From assembly GCA_003482885.1 (NCBI GenBank), contig DMXN01000032.1, positions 13,129-77,128 of the forward strand: DNA of 64,000 nt, read 5' to 3'. The notes beneath the pieces were generated by a model. The model made no database searches, was not told the DNA's origin, and saw only the letters and a list, made by a program, of their open reading frames with translations. Below, piece after piece: positions 9,865 to 19,930 of the stretch. Position numbers and translations under genes: made by a program. How positions within the stretch are numbered: position 1 is the stretch's first letter; each line of letters opens with the position of its first letter. The stretch is from Candidatus Moraniibacteriota bacterium (lineage in GTDB: Bacteria > Patescibacteriota > Minisyncoccia > Moranbacterales > UBA2206).

Positions 9865-11487
9865 TTGCTTTGTTTTTTAGTATTGCTTTTCGTTTCTTCT
9901 CTCTCTTATTGGGGGATTTCTTTTTATTACTCACGCACGGAAGCGCTTCCCGCTTTCGGCGGAGAGTATATTGAAGGAAGCGTAGGACAGCCGCAGCATA
10001 TAAACCCGCTTCTTTCCGCTTCTAACGACGCCGACGCCGATTTGGCGCAAATTATTTATAACGGTCTGCTTAAGTATGACGAAAAAGGAACGCCAATTCC
10101 CGATCTTGCCGAAAGCTACGAAATAAATGAAGAGAAAACCGTCTATACTTTTTATTTGAGAAAAAATGTTCTTTGGCACGACGGTGAACCTTTCACTGCC
10201 AACGACGCGCTTTTTACTTTTAATTTAATCTCCGACCCCGCCTATAGAAGTCCCCTCCGTTCCGGCTGGCAAGGAGTAAAATTGGAAATGCCGGACGATT
10301 ACACTTTAATTTTCACCACCGAAACTCCTTTCGTCGGATTTTTGAACAATGCCACCTTTGGCATTTTGCCCAAGCACATTTGGGAATCGCTAAAACCGGA
10401 AAGTTTCAATCTATCGGAATTAAATTTGGAACCGATCGGCACCGGACCTTTTAAATATAATTCGTTTCAAAAAGATTCCAAGGGCAATATTCTTTCTTAT
10501 AAATTAGACGCCAATCCGAATTACTTTTCCGGAAAGCCCTATCTCGCGAAGTTGTCGTTTAATTTTTATTCCGATGAAACTTCCGCGCTCGATGCGTACA
10601 ACCGCAAAGAAGTTATGGGTATCAGCAGTTTATCAACGAAAAATACCGGTGTCATTAAAAATCAAAGTAGTTCCGCTTTGCATAAATTTTTCATTCCCCG
10701 CTATTTCGCCGTCTTTTTCAACCAAACAAAAAATGCCGCTGTTGCCGATGATAAAGTCAGAGAAGCTCTAAATTACGCGACAAACCGGGAAGAAATAGTC
10801 CAAACCGTGTTGGGCGGAAACGGCGATCCGATCTACTCGCCGATTCTTCCCGATATGCCGGGTTATTCTCCCGACTTGAGCAAAGTTGATTATGCTTTGG
10901 AAAAAGCCCGAACATTATTAGATTCCGATGGCTGGAAGATATCCGATAATGGTTTTCGCGTTAAAAACGATAAGTTATTGGAAATAAATTTAATTACCAC
11001 CGATTGGGATGAATTGGCGAAAACCGCGGAAATAATCAAAACTCAATGGGAAAAAGCCGGCGTCAAAGTCAATACCGACAGCCTGTCTATTTCCGATATT
11101 CAACAAAATTATATTCGTCCGCGGGAGTATGAAGCTTTACTTTTCGGACAAATCGTCGGCGCTGATCCTGATCCGTATTCCTTTTGGCATTCCACGCAAA
11201 AAAAAGATCCGGGATTGAATTTGGCGCTTTTCGGCGACAGCGACACGGATAAATTGATCGAGGACGGAAGAATAGAATTTGACAGGCAAAAAAGAGCGGA
11301 AATTTATACCGAGTTTCAAAATGTCTTACTTGAAGAAATGCCGGCGATTTTTCTTTACAGTCCGAAATATATTTATCCGGTGAACAAAAAAATCAAAGAA
11401 ATAAATGTTGAAAATTTAATCACTCCCTCTAAACGATTTTTCAATATTGACAAATGGTTTATCAATACGAAAAGAGTTTGGAAATAA
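9865..11487 (+). CDS. ABC transporter substrate-binding protein, family 5 (peptide/nickel type)
   Basis: Signal/TM N-terminus followed by SYEINEEKTVYTFYLRKNVLWHDGEPFTANDALFTFN, typical of SBP_bac_5; 540 aa. Confidence 0.75.
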   Translation: MLCFLVLLFVSSLSYWGISFYYSRTEALPAFGGEYIEGSVGQPQHINPLLSASNDADADLAQIIYNGLLKYDEKGTPIPDLAESYEINEEKTVYTFYLRKNVLWHDGEPFTANDALFTFNLISDPAYRSPLRSGWQGVKLEMPDDYTLIFTTETPFVGFLNNATFGILPKHIWESLKPESFNLSELNLEPIGTGPFKYNSFQKDSKGNILSYKLDANPNYFSGKPYLAKLSFNFYSDETSALDAYNRKEVMGISSLSTKNTGVIKNQSSSALHKFFIPRYFAVFFNQTKNAAVADDKVREALNYATNREEIVQTVLGGNGDPIYSPILPDMPGYSPDLSKVDYALEKARTLLDSDGWKISDNGFRVKNDKLLEINLITTDWDELAKTAEIIKTQWEKAGVKVNTDSLSISDIQQNYIRPREYEALLFGQIVGADPDPYSFWHSTQKKDPGLNLALFGDSDTDKLIEDGRIEFDRQKRAEIYTEFQNVLLEEMPAIFLYSPKYIYPVNKKIKEINVENLITPSKRFFNIDKWFINTKRVWK

Positions 11488-11561
11488 ATTCGGTCTTTTC
11501 TTTTCATTTTTTCCATTTTAAATTATCCTGCCAACACTAATTTATAAACAATTTAACTATT

Positions 11562-12932
11562 ATGTACAGTGTCATTCTTTGTGGCGGAGCAGGAACAAGA
11601 CTGTGGCCGCTTTCGCGAAAAAATTTTCCAAAACAATTCCTTAATCTCTTCGGAAACAAAACGCTGATTCAGGAAACATATTCTCGCATGCGGGAAATTA
11701 TGCCCAAGGAAAATATTTTTTTCATCACAAATAAAGAAGGATTTTTTAATGTTGCCAATCAAATAATCGAAATTGAAAAAGAATTTAACAAGAATCAAAT
11801 TTTTATCGAACCAAAAAGTCAAAACACCGCTCCGGCAATCACGCTGGCAATGAAATTTTTGGAAGAAAAATTTAAAATCAGTCCAGAAAGTCCCATCGCT
11901 TTTCTTCCGTCCGATCATTATATCAAGAACAAGGATGTTTTTCTTAAAATAATTAAAAAAGCTATGCAAAATGTCGGCAACCATATAGGCACCATCGGCA
12001 TAATACCGACAATTCCGACCACTGCTTACGGCTATATAAAAAAAGGAGAAAAAAATGAACATTTTTCCAAAGCTTTGGAATTCAAGGAGAAACCAACTGA
12101 GGAAAAAGCCAAGGAATATATCGCTTCGGGAAATTTTGTGTGGAATTCCGGAATATATATTTTCAACCGCCAAACGCTTCTAAACGAACTCGAAAAACAT
12201 TGTCCGGAAATATATGAAATTGCTGAAAATAATCTAGAAAAATTTTTGGAAAAATTCGCTGAACTTCCATCTGTTTCAATCGACTATGCCATATCGGAAA
12301 AATCAAATAACACCATAGTTTTTGACGGAGATTTCGGCTGGAATGATGTCGGATCTTTTGACAGCATCGCGGAAATAAGCGAAAAAAAACCCGACAAAAA
12401 GCATATCGCCATTGATTCTAAAAATATTTTTATTCACAGTAATAACAATCGTATAATAGCGACTATCGGAGTGGATGATTTAAATGTGATAGAAACCGCC
12501 GATAGCATTCTTATTCAAAAAAAGGGTCGTGGTGAAGATGTGAAAAAAATAATCGATTATCTGAAAGAAAACAAATTAAAAGAGCTTGAGCATGTTCTTC
12601 TTGTTCACAGACCATGGGGAAAATATGAAGTTTTGATTGATGATCCGGATCACAAAGTGAAAAAAATAACAGTTTATCCGGGAGCAAAATTAAGCTTGCA
12701 AGCACACAATCATCGCGCCGAACATTGGATAGTTGTCAAAGGCACAGCCAAAGTTACCAATGGCGACAAAGAAATATTTTTATTTGAAAACGAAAACACC
12801 TACATTCCAAAAATGGCGAAACACAGATTGGAAAATACCGGAAAAATAAATCTTGAAATCATCGAAGTGCAAACCGGAAACTATTTGGAAGAAGACGACA
12901 TTATTCGTTTTGATGATGTCTATAATCGTTAA
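11562..12932 (+). CDS. manC: Mannose-1-phosphate guanylyltransferase / mannose-6-phosphate isomerase (bifunctional, C-terminal cupin)
   Basis: MYSVILCGGAGTRLWPLSRKNFPKQF is the nucleotidyltransferase G-loop. The C-terminus is a cupin (RPWGKYEVL…YPGAKLSLQAHNHRAEHWIVVKG). Confidence 0.85.
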   Translation: MYSVILCGGAGTRLWPLSRKNFPKQFLNLFGNKTLIQETYSRMREIMPKENIFFITNKEGFFNVANQIIEIEKEFNKNQIFIEPKSQNTAPAITLAMKFLEEKFKISPESPIAFLPSDHYIKNKDVFLKIIKKAMQNVGNHIGTIGIIPTIPTTAYGYIKKGEKNEHFSKALEFKEKPTEEKAKEYIASGNFVWNSGIYIFNRQTLLNELEKHCPEIYEIAENNLEKFLEKFAELPSVSIDYAISEKSNNTIVFDGDFGWNDVGSFDSIAEISEKKPDKKHIAIDSKNIFIHSNNNRIIATIGVDDLNVIETADSILIQKKGRGEDVKKIIDYLKENKLKELEHVLLVHRPWGKYEVLIDDPDHKVKKITVYPGAKLSLQAHNHRAEHWIVVKGTAKVTNGDKEIFLFENENTYIPKMAKHRLENTGKINLEIIEVQTGNYLEEDDIIRFDDVYNR

Positions 12933-12950
12933 TAAATACTTTTAAAAATT

Positions 12951-14384
12951 ATGAAAATCAACCCAAGCATTTTTCGCGGCTATGATCTTAGGGGAATAGC
13001 CGGAACAGATCTTACTCCAGAAATCGTGGAACATATAGGCAGAGCTCATGGAACCTATATGAAAAGACATGGAATAACAAAAGCGATTGTCGGACGCGAT
13101 TGTCGATTTACCAGCGCCGAATACAGCGACGCTTTAATTAGAGGATTTAGTTGGGCTGGAATTGACACAATTGATATTGGCTTGAATATGGTAGGCACTT
13201 TTTATTGGGCGCAATATCATCTTAACGCAAAAGGTGGCGCTTTTGTGACCGCCTCACACAATCCATCTGAATATAATGGATTTAAATTCGCCATTGATTT
13301 TTCAGAAACATTAGTAAGCGAAGGAATGCAAGAACTGCGCCGAATGGTTGAAGAAGAAGATTATAAACAAGACAAGCAACCGGGAAAAATAGAAAAACAA
13401 AATATCAGCGAAGTTTATTTTGAAGATTTAAATAAAAGATTACCAATAACAAAAAAATTCAGAGTTGTTATCGACCCGAGCAATTCCACCGCCGGAGCGA
13501 TCGTTCCTGAATTTTTGAGAAAAATCGGATGCGAAGTGATTGAAAAAAATTGCAATATTGATCCGTCCTTTCCATTGGGAACTCCGGACCCAACTGAAAG
13601 CCGCGTCGCTGAAAGAATGAAAAAAGAAGTACTGGAAGAAAAAGTCGACCTTGGATTTTCCTATGACGCCGACGGGGATCGCATCGGAATTATTGATGAC
13701 AAAGGAGGCATAATTTGGAACGATGTGCTGGTAGCGCTATTTGCAATTGATGTTTTGCGTAATCATCCGGGAGAAAGAATAATGTATAACACGCTTTGCT
13801 CAAAAGTTGTGGAAGATACGATTAAAAAAAACGGCGGCGTACCGTTTATGTGGAGAACCGGTCATTCGTTTTTGAAGAAAAAAAATCAAGAAGTGAAAGC
13901 GGCCTTTATCGGAGAACTTTCCGGCCATTTCTTTTTTTCCAAAGATTTTTACAATCATGATGATGGAATATATTCGACTCTGCGTTTATTGTCATACTTG
14001 TCCAGAACTAATCAGTCGCTTTCTGAAGCAGTGGCTGGTCTACCAAAATATATTTCCAGTCCGGAAATAAAACTTGGCTGCGCGGACAATGTGAAGGTTG
14101 CGTTGATTGAAAAAATGAGCGAGATTTTAAAAAAAGATTTTCCGCAAGCGGAAGTGGTTTCCGATGAACGGGCGGGAGATGGAGTAAGATTGAATATGGA
14201 CGATTCAATGTTTGTTGTACGCTATTCTCAAAATGGACCATACCTCACAATAAAATTTGAAGCTAAAACTCAAGAAAAATATGACCAGCTGAAAAAATAT
14301 CTTAATACTTTTCTTCATAATTATCCGGAAGTGGATTGGACCGGCAAAACTATCGCAACAGTAAACGCAGAAGTTTTGGCGTAA
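12951..14384 (+). CDS. manB: Phosphomannomutase/phosphoglucomutase
   Basis: The active-site segment is TASHNPSEYNGFKF, with a GDGDR metal-binding loop (SYDADGDRIGI). It lies 18 nt downstream of manC. Confidence 0.8.
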   Translation: MKINPSIFRGYDLRGIAGTDLTPEIVEHIGRAHGTYMKRHGITKAIVGRDCRFTSAEYSDALIRGFSWAGIDTIDIGLNMVGTFYWAQYHLNAKGGAFVTASHNPSEYNGFKFAIDFSETLVSEGMQELRRMVEEEDYKQDKQPGKIEKQNISEVYFEDLNKRLPITKKFRVVIDPSNSTAGAIVPEFLRKIGCEVIEKNCNIDPSFPLGTPDPTESRVAERMKKEVLEEKVDLGFSYDADGDRIGIIDDKGGIIWNDVLVALFAIDVLRNHPGERIMYNTLCSKVVEDTIKKNGGVPFMWRTGHSFLKKKNQEVKAAFIGELSGHFFFSKDFYNHDDGIYSTLRLLSYLSRTNQSLSEAVAGLPKYISSPEIKLGCADNVKVALIEKMSEILKKDFPQAEVVSDERAGDGVRLNMDDSMFVVRYSQNGPYLTIKFEAKTQEKYDQLKKYLNTFLHNYPEVDWTGKTIATVNAEVLA

Positions 14385-14432
14385 AACAAAAAACCGTAGG
14401 GATGCGCCATGGCGCGTTCCTACGGTTTTTCT
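14384..14432. terminator. Bidirectional rho-independent terminator between manB (+) and trpS (-)
   Basis: Long hairpin ccgtaggga-tgcgccatggcgcgt-tcctacgg (14394-14425), flanked by an A-run on the left and a T-run on the right. Confidence 0.6.
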
Positions 14433-14454
14433 ATTCAACAATATTTTACCAAAC

Positions 14455-15522
14455 TTACACAACAAACCCAATTTTCTTTTTCACTTCATCCAATTTTTTT
14501 CTAGCAATCGGGCGGGCTTTCTTTGCGCCTTCTTCCAAGATTTTTAAAACTTTTTCATCCGACAAATCGCGCATCCGCGCTTGTAAAGGTTTTAAAAATG
14601 TGATAATCACCTCAGCTAAGTCGTTTTTAAAATCAGCGTAACCCTTGCCTTTATATAATTCTTCCGCTTCTTTTGCAGTTTTGTCCGAAAGTAAAGAATA
14701 AATATTGATCAAATTTTTGAGCGCCGGTTTTTCATCGCTGTAAATTATTTCCGAACCGGAATCTGTCACAGCTTTTTTAATTTTTCTTCGCACAGTTTCC
14801 TCATCATTAGAAAGCGCGATATAGTTATATTCCGAGCTCGCCGACTTGGACATTTTTTTGCTCGGATCATCCAACCCCATAATATTCTCGCTTTCTTTTT
14901 TTGTGTACGCTTCCGGAATAATAAAAGTTTCCCCGAATTTTTTGTTAAACCGTTTTGCCAAATCCCGCGCCAATTCAATATGCTGTTTTTGATCTTTCCC
15001 CACTGGCACAATCTGCGTTCCATATAACAAAATATCCGCCGCCATTAAAACAGGGTAATCGAAAAGACCGACACCGGTCTTATTAAATAGATACTCGTAA
15101 TATTCTTCTGGCTCAAGCACTTCCCTTTTAATCTCTTTCCCTTCTAACTTATGTTTTAAAATTATTCTTCGTTCTTGAATATTGGTTTTATCTTTAAACT
15201 GCGTCATTTTCATTAAATCAGAATTTCTTGCAATCGCATTTAAAATCCAGCACAATTCCGCATGCTCCGAAATATGCGATTGAATAAAAATCACGCATTT
15301 TTTTGGATCGATACCGGCAGCTAAATAAATTTTCGCGACTTCAATAGTTCGTTTTTTTAATTCTTCCGGATTTTGCGGAACAGTAATCGCGTGCATATCC
15401 ACCACGCAAAAAATCGAATCGAACTCGTCTTGAAGTTTGACCCAATTTTGAATGGCGCCTAAATAATTGCCAATATGCAGATTGCCGCTTGGCTGGATGC
15501 CGGAAAAAATTCTTTGTTTCAT
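14455..15522 (-). CDS. trpS: Tryptophanyl-tRNA synthetase
   Basis: Class I motifs are present: SGIQPSGNLHIGNYLGAI (HIGH) and KMSKS (DPSKKMSKSA). Confidence 0.9.
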   Translation of the reverse strand: MKQRIFSGIQPSGNLHIGNYLGAIQNWVKLQDEFDSIFCVVDMHAITVPQNPEELKKRTIEVAKIYLAAGIDPKKCVIFIQSHISEHAELCWILNAIARNSDLMKMTQFKDKTNIQERRIILKHKLEGKEIKREVLEPEEYYEYLFNKTGVGLFDYPVLMAADILLYGTQIVPVGKDQKQHIELARDLAKRFNKKFGETFIIPEAYTKKESENIMGLDDPSKKMSKSASSEYNYIALSNDEETVRRKIKKAVTDSGSEIIYSDEKPALKNLINIYSLLSDKTAKEAEELYKGKGYADFKNDLAEVIITFLKPLQARMRDLSDEKVLKILEEGAKKARPIARKKLDEVKKKIGFVV

Positions 15523-15702
15523 AAAAATATTTTACTTTTTAAAATTTTTATTATATTTTTCGAAATACTCGTCGATTTCAATTCTAAGCTCTACTCCTAC
15601 TCTTTCAAAACATTTGAGCAAATCTTCATACGCGCCATCACCACCCAGAAAATCCCAAAACTCATTAGCAACCTTTAATTCATTTTTTAAATCAAGCATA
15701 CC

Positions 15703-16323
15703 TCATATTGTCCATCGGTTATATGGCTGCGGATCATATGGATTATAAGGTATGGCAATTATGGTTTGCACTTTTGCCTTAGGCTTTTCCACTAAGATTG
15801 TTGCTGTCCACTCCAAGAGCGTTCTTTTAAACTCCTTAAAACCGCCTGCGTTTGGTTTGGCGGTTTTTATATCAAACAAAAATAATTCCCCAGAAGAATT
15901 TTCCAATAAAACATCAACTTTTGTCGGTTTAATTTTTCTAAATTCCCCCTGTCGCGCAACTTTTCTAATAATTTCGATTTCTTTAATTTTATTTGGCAAT
16001 AATCTTGCGGTTGTCAAATCATCAATAATTTTTTGAATTGCAATTTGAGCATTTGCGCTTATTCTATCGCCCGCGATAGCTTGTGATTCTGCCCTTTTAA
16101 ATTTATTTTTAGCCAATAACAAGGCAACTGGCTCAAAAATACTTGTTCCAAAATTTGTATTAAGCGAGTGAATAAAGGAATACAACGCTAAACGATCCTT
16201 GCCTAAAAGTCTTGTGTGAAATGGCATTGTAGCTGGTTCAGGTTTATAATTTTGAAATTTATGCCTAATAGCGCTTTTTAAAAAAAATTCTATACCATCG
16301 ATTTGTTGCTTCAATAAACTCAT
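15703..16323 (-). CDS. Putative type II restriction endonuclease (PD-(D/E)xK-like, DIK motif)
   Basis: 206 aa whose start overlaps the MTase stop by 4 nt. KVDVLLENSSGELFLFDIKTAK gives D…(E/D)xK spacing like the EcoRV DIK catalytic motif. No further homology is recognisable by eye. Confidence 0.4.
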   Translation of the reverse strand: MSLLKQQIDGIEFFLKSAIRHKFQNYKPEPATMPFHTRLLGKDRLALYSFIHSLNTNFGTSIFEPVALLLAKNKFKRAESQAIAGDRISANAQIAIQKIIDDLTTARLLPNKIKEIEIIRKVARQGEFRKIKPTKVDVLLENSSGELFLFDIKTAKPNAGGFKEFKRTLLEWTATILVEKPKAKVQTIIAIPYNPYDPQPYNRWTI

Positions 16324-17912
16324 ACATTTTTAAAATGAAAAATTATTTCTGAATAAGGACATTTATCTCTTTCAGTGCGATTGAGCACTGGTCTTTTATA
16401 TTGATTGATAATCTGCATACCTGCATTTTTCGCAATTTGCGGATATAAATTCCATTTGTCATTAGCTACCAAAAAAATATCAAAATTGCTTACAAGAAAT
16501 TTTTTTGAATTTATCAAAACTTGCGATATACCTTCAATATAAGATTTTTTTGCATCTATTCCCTGACCTTTATATAAAGGACCGATTTCTAATTCATCTT
16601 TTCTCTTGAAACCAAAAAGATCATACGCATAAGCATGTTGTTCATGATAATCTATTTGACCGACATAAGGAGGCGATGAGAAAATACCTTTAATTTTCTG
16701 CTTTTCAAACAGCTTATAGAAATCTTTATTTCTTGCTTTTATTTCCTTTGAAATATCCACAGATCTTGAGTCGCCAGTAATTGATGCCCAGCAAGCGCCA
16801 TTTTTTAATTTCTGAAACTCTCTAATCCTAAAAATTGTATCATTTGCATAACGACTAAACCAATACTTAATCGAAAAAAGAGGCTTGCAAATTTTTTTAT
16901 GCTTCCAGCAATAATAGGTTTCAATCTGCGGATTTTTGAGTGTTGCTAAATCCGAATGAGTTGTTGCCCGACAGGAACGAATTGTTCGACTTAAAATAAT
17001 CGCTAGAACTCTTTTGTTTTTTTCATCTTTTATTTTTTTGATTTGGCTAAAAGCAAAATTGATTTCTTTTCGTATGTTTTTAATATACCATTTATCGAGA
17101 AAAGTTTTGCTGTTTTTTTGTTCGAGCTCTATGTTATATTTTGAAATTAGTTTTTTATAGATACTCAAAAATTCTTTTTCTTTCTCAATCGCGTATTTAT
17201 TTTCATCAACTTCTCGCTTATATACCTTTCTTTTAAATTCTGGCGAAGGAAAATTTTTATTGTTAAATTTAGCAAGTTCAAAATAAAGTTCTTTTTCAAA
17301 TTCTTCTATTTTTTCATCAGTTTCAAATTTAGTAATTTTTATATTAATATTTGCTACTTCCTTAGCTAACGAATCTAAATTATAATTAAACAACTTTATG
17401 TCTGTCATCATGCAATTAAACCGAGAAATATCAACTCCAATTGAATGAATGCCAAGCTCATTTGCTTGCACTAAGATTGTGCCTGATCCTGAAAAAGGAT
17501 CCAAAATAATATCTCCTTTTTTAAAAAAAACATTCTGTTTAAAATCATCCGTGTGATTATCAATAAAATACTCCACTAACTGCGGTATGAATTTACCTTT
17601 ATATGGATGCAACCTATGAACATGTTTTGTAGTATCCTTTTCTCGTAAATTGTCAAAAGATAATTCCCAATTTAAATCATCCCCGAGTTTCTTTTTCCAT
17701 TCAGCTTCTCTTGTGCCATTAAATGATTGGTAATATTGTTGCAAGTCTTTGATATTTATTTGAGCAGACCCATTTTCTCCATATTTTTTAACTTTTCCAT
17801 ATTGTATGAGATAAGAAATATTTGACTCGCTAATATTTCGACCTAAAAAAGAACTTGCCCAATCGCATGCTTCCTTCAGCGTTAATAATTGTCCAATGAT
17901 TGCTAATCCCAT
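16320..17912 (-). CDS. DNA N6-adenine/N4-cytosine methyltransferase with permuted motif order
   Basis: A beta-class-like block HPYKGKFIPQLVEYFI…GDIILDPFSGSGTILVQANELGIHSIGVDIS (motif I) lies at aa ~100-170. Motif IV FSSPPYVGQIDY lies at aa ~410. Confidence 0.75.
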   Translation of the reverse strand: MGLAIIGQLLTLKEACDWASSFLGRNISESNISYLIQYGKVKKYGENGSAQINIKDLQQYYQSFNGTREAEWKKKLGDDLNWELSFDNLREKDTTKHVHRLHPYKGKFIPQLVEYFIDNHTDDFKQNVFFKKGDIILDPFSGSGTILVQANELGIHSIGVDISRFNCMMTDIKLFNYNLDSLAKEVANINIKITKFETDEKIEEFEKELYFELAKFNNKNFPSPEFKRKVYKREVDENKYAIEKEKEFLSIYKKLISKYNIELEQKNSKTFLDKWYIKNIRKEINFAFSQIKKIKDEKNKRVLAIILSRTIRSCRATTHSDLATLKNPQIETYYCWKHKKICKPLFSIKYWFSRYANDTIFRIREFQKLKNGACWASITGDSRSVDISKEIKARNKDFYKLFEKQKIKGIFSSPPYVGQIDYHEQHAYAYDLFGFKRKDELEIGPLYKGQGIDAKKSYIEGISQVLINSKKFLVSNFDIFLVANDKWNLYPQIAKNAGMQIINQYKRPVLNRTERDKCPYSEIIFHFKNV

Positions 17913-17954
17913 AATTCAAAATTATATCTATATTTTACTATAAAAATACAAAAA

Positions 17955-19760
17955 CTACACTTCGATAATCACCGGCAAGACCATCGGACGGCGCTGGGTT
18001 TGCTGGAAAAGATACAGCCCGACTACTTCGCGAATATTATTTTCAATAAATTTCTTTTCGGGAGAAGTTTTTTTGGAAGTCGTGTCCTTGATCGCTTTTT
18101 GCACGCGCCGCTTGGTTTCATTCACTAAATCAAAATTATCTTTAACATAAATAAATCCGCGCGAAGTAACTTGGATATTCCCGACCACTTGCTTGGTTTT
18201 GCTGTCAAGAATAACCGTAATCACAAACATTCCGTCCGCCGAAAGCACTTGACGATCGCGAATCACTACTTGCCCGACATCGCCAATTCCCAATCCGTCC
18301 ACCATTACATAACTGGCATCCACTTTTTTAGGCAAAATTTTAGCTTGACCGTTTTGCGCTTCCAAAATATTTCCGTTGTCCAAAACAAAAATATTATCCT
18401 TATGAAAACCGATTTTCAACGCCAGTTTAGCCGCTTCTTTTAACATATAATGATTGGCATAGACCGGCAGAAAAAAATCCGGCCGCACTTGTCTGAGCAT
18501 TTCTTGAATATCCTGCGCGCTGCAATGACCGCTAGTGTGCACATCCATCACATCGCTGTGAATAACATTGTCGCATTTGCGGTAAAGATTGTCCTTAAGC
18601 CTTTGCACAGTTCTTTCATTGCCGGGAACAACCGACGAGGAAAAAATCACCGTGTCATTTTTTTTAATTTTAATATGGCGATGATTGTCCGTAATGATGC
18701 GGGAAAGCACCGCGTTTCCTTCTCCTTGCGCGCCAGTGCAAATAATTACCACACGGTTTTCCGGATATTTATGCAAATCTGAAACAGGAATTAAAGTTTC
18801 TTTGTGCATTTTAATATACCCCAATTCTTTGGCGATTTCCACATTCATTTTCATACTGTATCCGTCCAGTGCCACTTTTTTGCCGATTTTTTCCGCGTAT
18901 TCCAAAATATGACCGATTCTTCTTATTTGCGAAGAAAAAGTTCCGATAATAATTTTTCCCACTGATTCGCTGATCAATTTTTCCAAATTATGATACATTT
19001 CTTCTTCGGTAGTGCGAGAGGGATTAGTCACAATCGCGCCCAAACTTTCCAGCATCAAAATTCTCGGACTTGGAAGTTTTGAGAGCTCTTTATAATCCAC
19101 AAGTTTTCGTCCAGCCGGATCTTTTTCCATCGTCCAGTCCCCGGGATGAATCACCGTTCCATCGGGAGTTTTGAGAATCACACCAACCGCGTCCATAATG
19201 GAATGTTCAACTTCAAAAAATTCAATTTCAAATTTCCCCAAACGGATTTTATCAGCAACGGAATTTACTCGCATCGTTTTGAGCTGTTGCGCCGAACCTT
19301 TTTCAATATCTTCCATTTTTTTCTTCACCATCGCGAGTGTCATATCGCGTCCGATAACTGGTGGATAACCGAGTTGGCGAAGAAGTATCGGTGCGGCGCC
19401 GATGTGATCAAGATGCCCATGGCTGAAAATCACTCCGCGAATATTTTTTTCTTTACCTTTGAGATAACTGATATTGGGAATGATATAGTCGATGCCGGGC
19501 ATATCTTCTTCTGGAAATTGCAAACCCATATCCAAAATCACAATGTCGCCACCATACTCAAAAAGCGTCATATTACGGCCGACTTCTTCCTGTCCTCCCA
19601 GCGGAATAATCCGCAAAGCGCTTTTTGGACTTTTCTGAAATATCGGCTCTCTGTTGGGATTGATTTTTATCCTCGCTAGTCCATCGAGTGTTTTTGGCAT
19701 CGCAAAACCGCTTGGTCGCGCTAAACCAGTCGGCAATGCATTGGTTGTTTTCTTAAGCAT
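17955..19760 (-). CDS. rnj: Ribonuclease J (beta-CASP metallo-beta-lactamase)
   Basis: IIPLGGQEEVGRNMTLFEYGGDIVILDMG is followed by the HGHLDHIGA metallo-beta-lactamase motif and a C-terminal beta-CASP region; 601 aa. Confidence 0.85.
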   Translation of the reverse strand: MLKKTTNALPTGLARPSGFAMPKTLDGLARIKINPNREPIFQKSPKSALRIIPLGGQEEVGRNMTLFEYGGDIVILDMGLQFPEEDMPGIDYIIPNISYLKGKEKNIRGVIFSHGHLDHIGAAPILLRQLGYPPVIGRDMTLAMVKKKMEDIEKGSAQQLKTMRVNSVADKIRLGKFEIEFFEVEHSIMDAVGVILKTPDGTVIHPGDWTMEKDPAGRKLVDYKELSKLPSPRILMLESLGAIVTNPSRTTEEEMYHNLEKLISESVGKIIIGTFSSQIRRIGHILEYAEKIGKKVALDGYSMKMNVEIAKELGYIKMHKETLIPVSDLHKYPENRVVIICTGAQGEGNAVLSRIITDNHRHIKIKKNDTVIFSSSVVPGNERTVQRLKDNLYRKCDNVIHSDVMDVHTSGHCSAQDIQEMLRQVRPDFFLPVYANHYMLKEAAKLALKIGFHKDNIFVLDNGNILEAQNGQAKILPKKVDASYVMVDGLGIGDVGQVVIRDRQVLSADGMFVITVILDSKTKQVVGNIQVTSRGFIYVKDNFDLVNETKRRVQKAIKDTTSKKTSPEKKFIENNIREVVGLYLFQQTQRRPMVLPVIIEV

Positions 19761-19930
19761 ATTGTTTGTTAAAAATTATTATTAGAAAGATAGCGTTAAA
19801 AAAACGCTAAAATGACAAAATCAAAAATGAATTATTTTTATTAAAATAGAAGATTTTTTTTCAACCACAAAAAAGAAAGTTTTACGATAGAGTAATTGTA
19901 ACAGATTACCATCGTTGTGTCAAGCTGAAT

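Noticed and set aside
11553-12173. 206-aa minus-strand ORF overlapping manC
   Set aside because: Antisense to a well-supported manC frame; Phe/Ile-rich junk translation.
19146-19679. 177-aa plus-strand ORF inside rnj
   Set aside because: Antisense shadow of RNase J.
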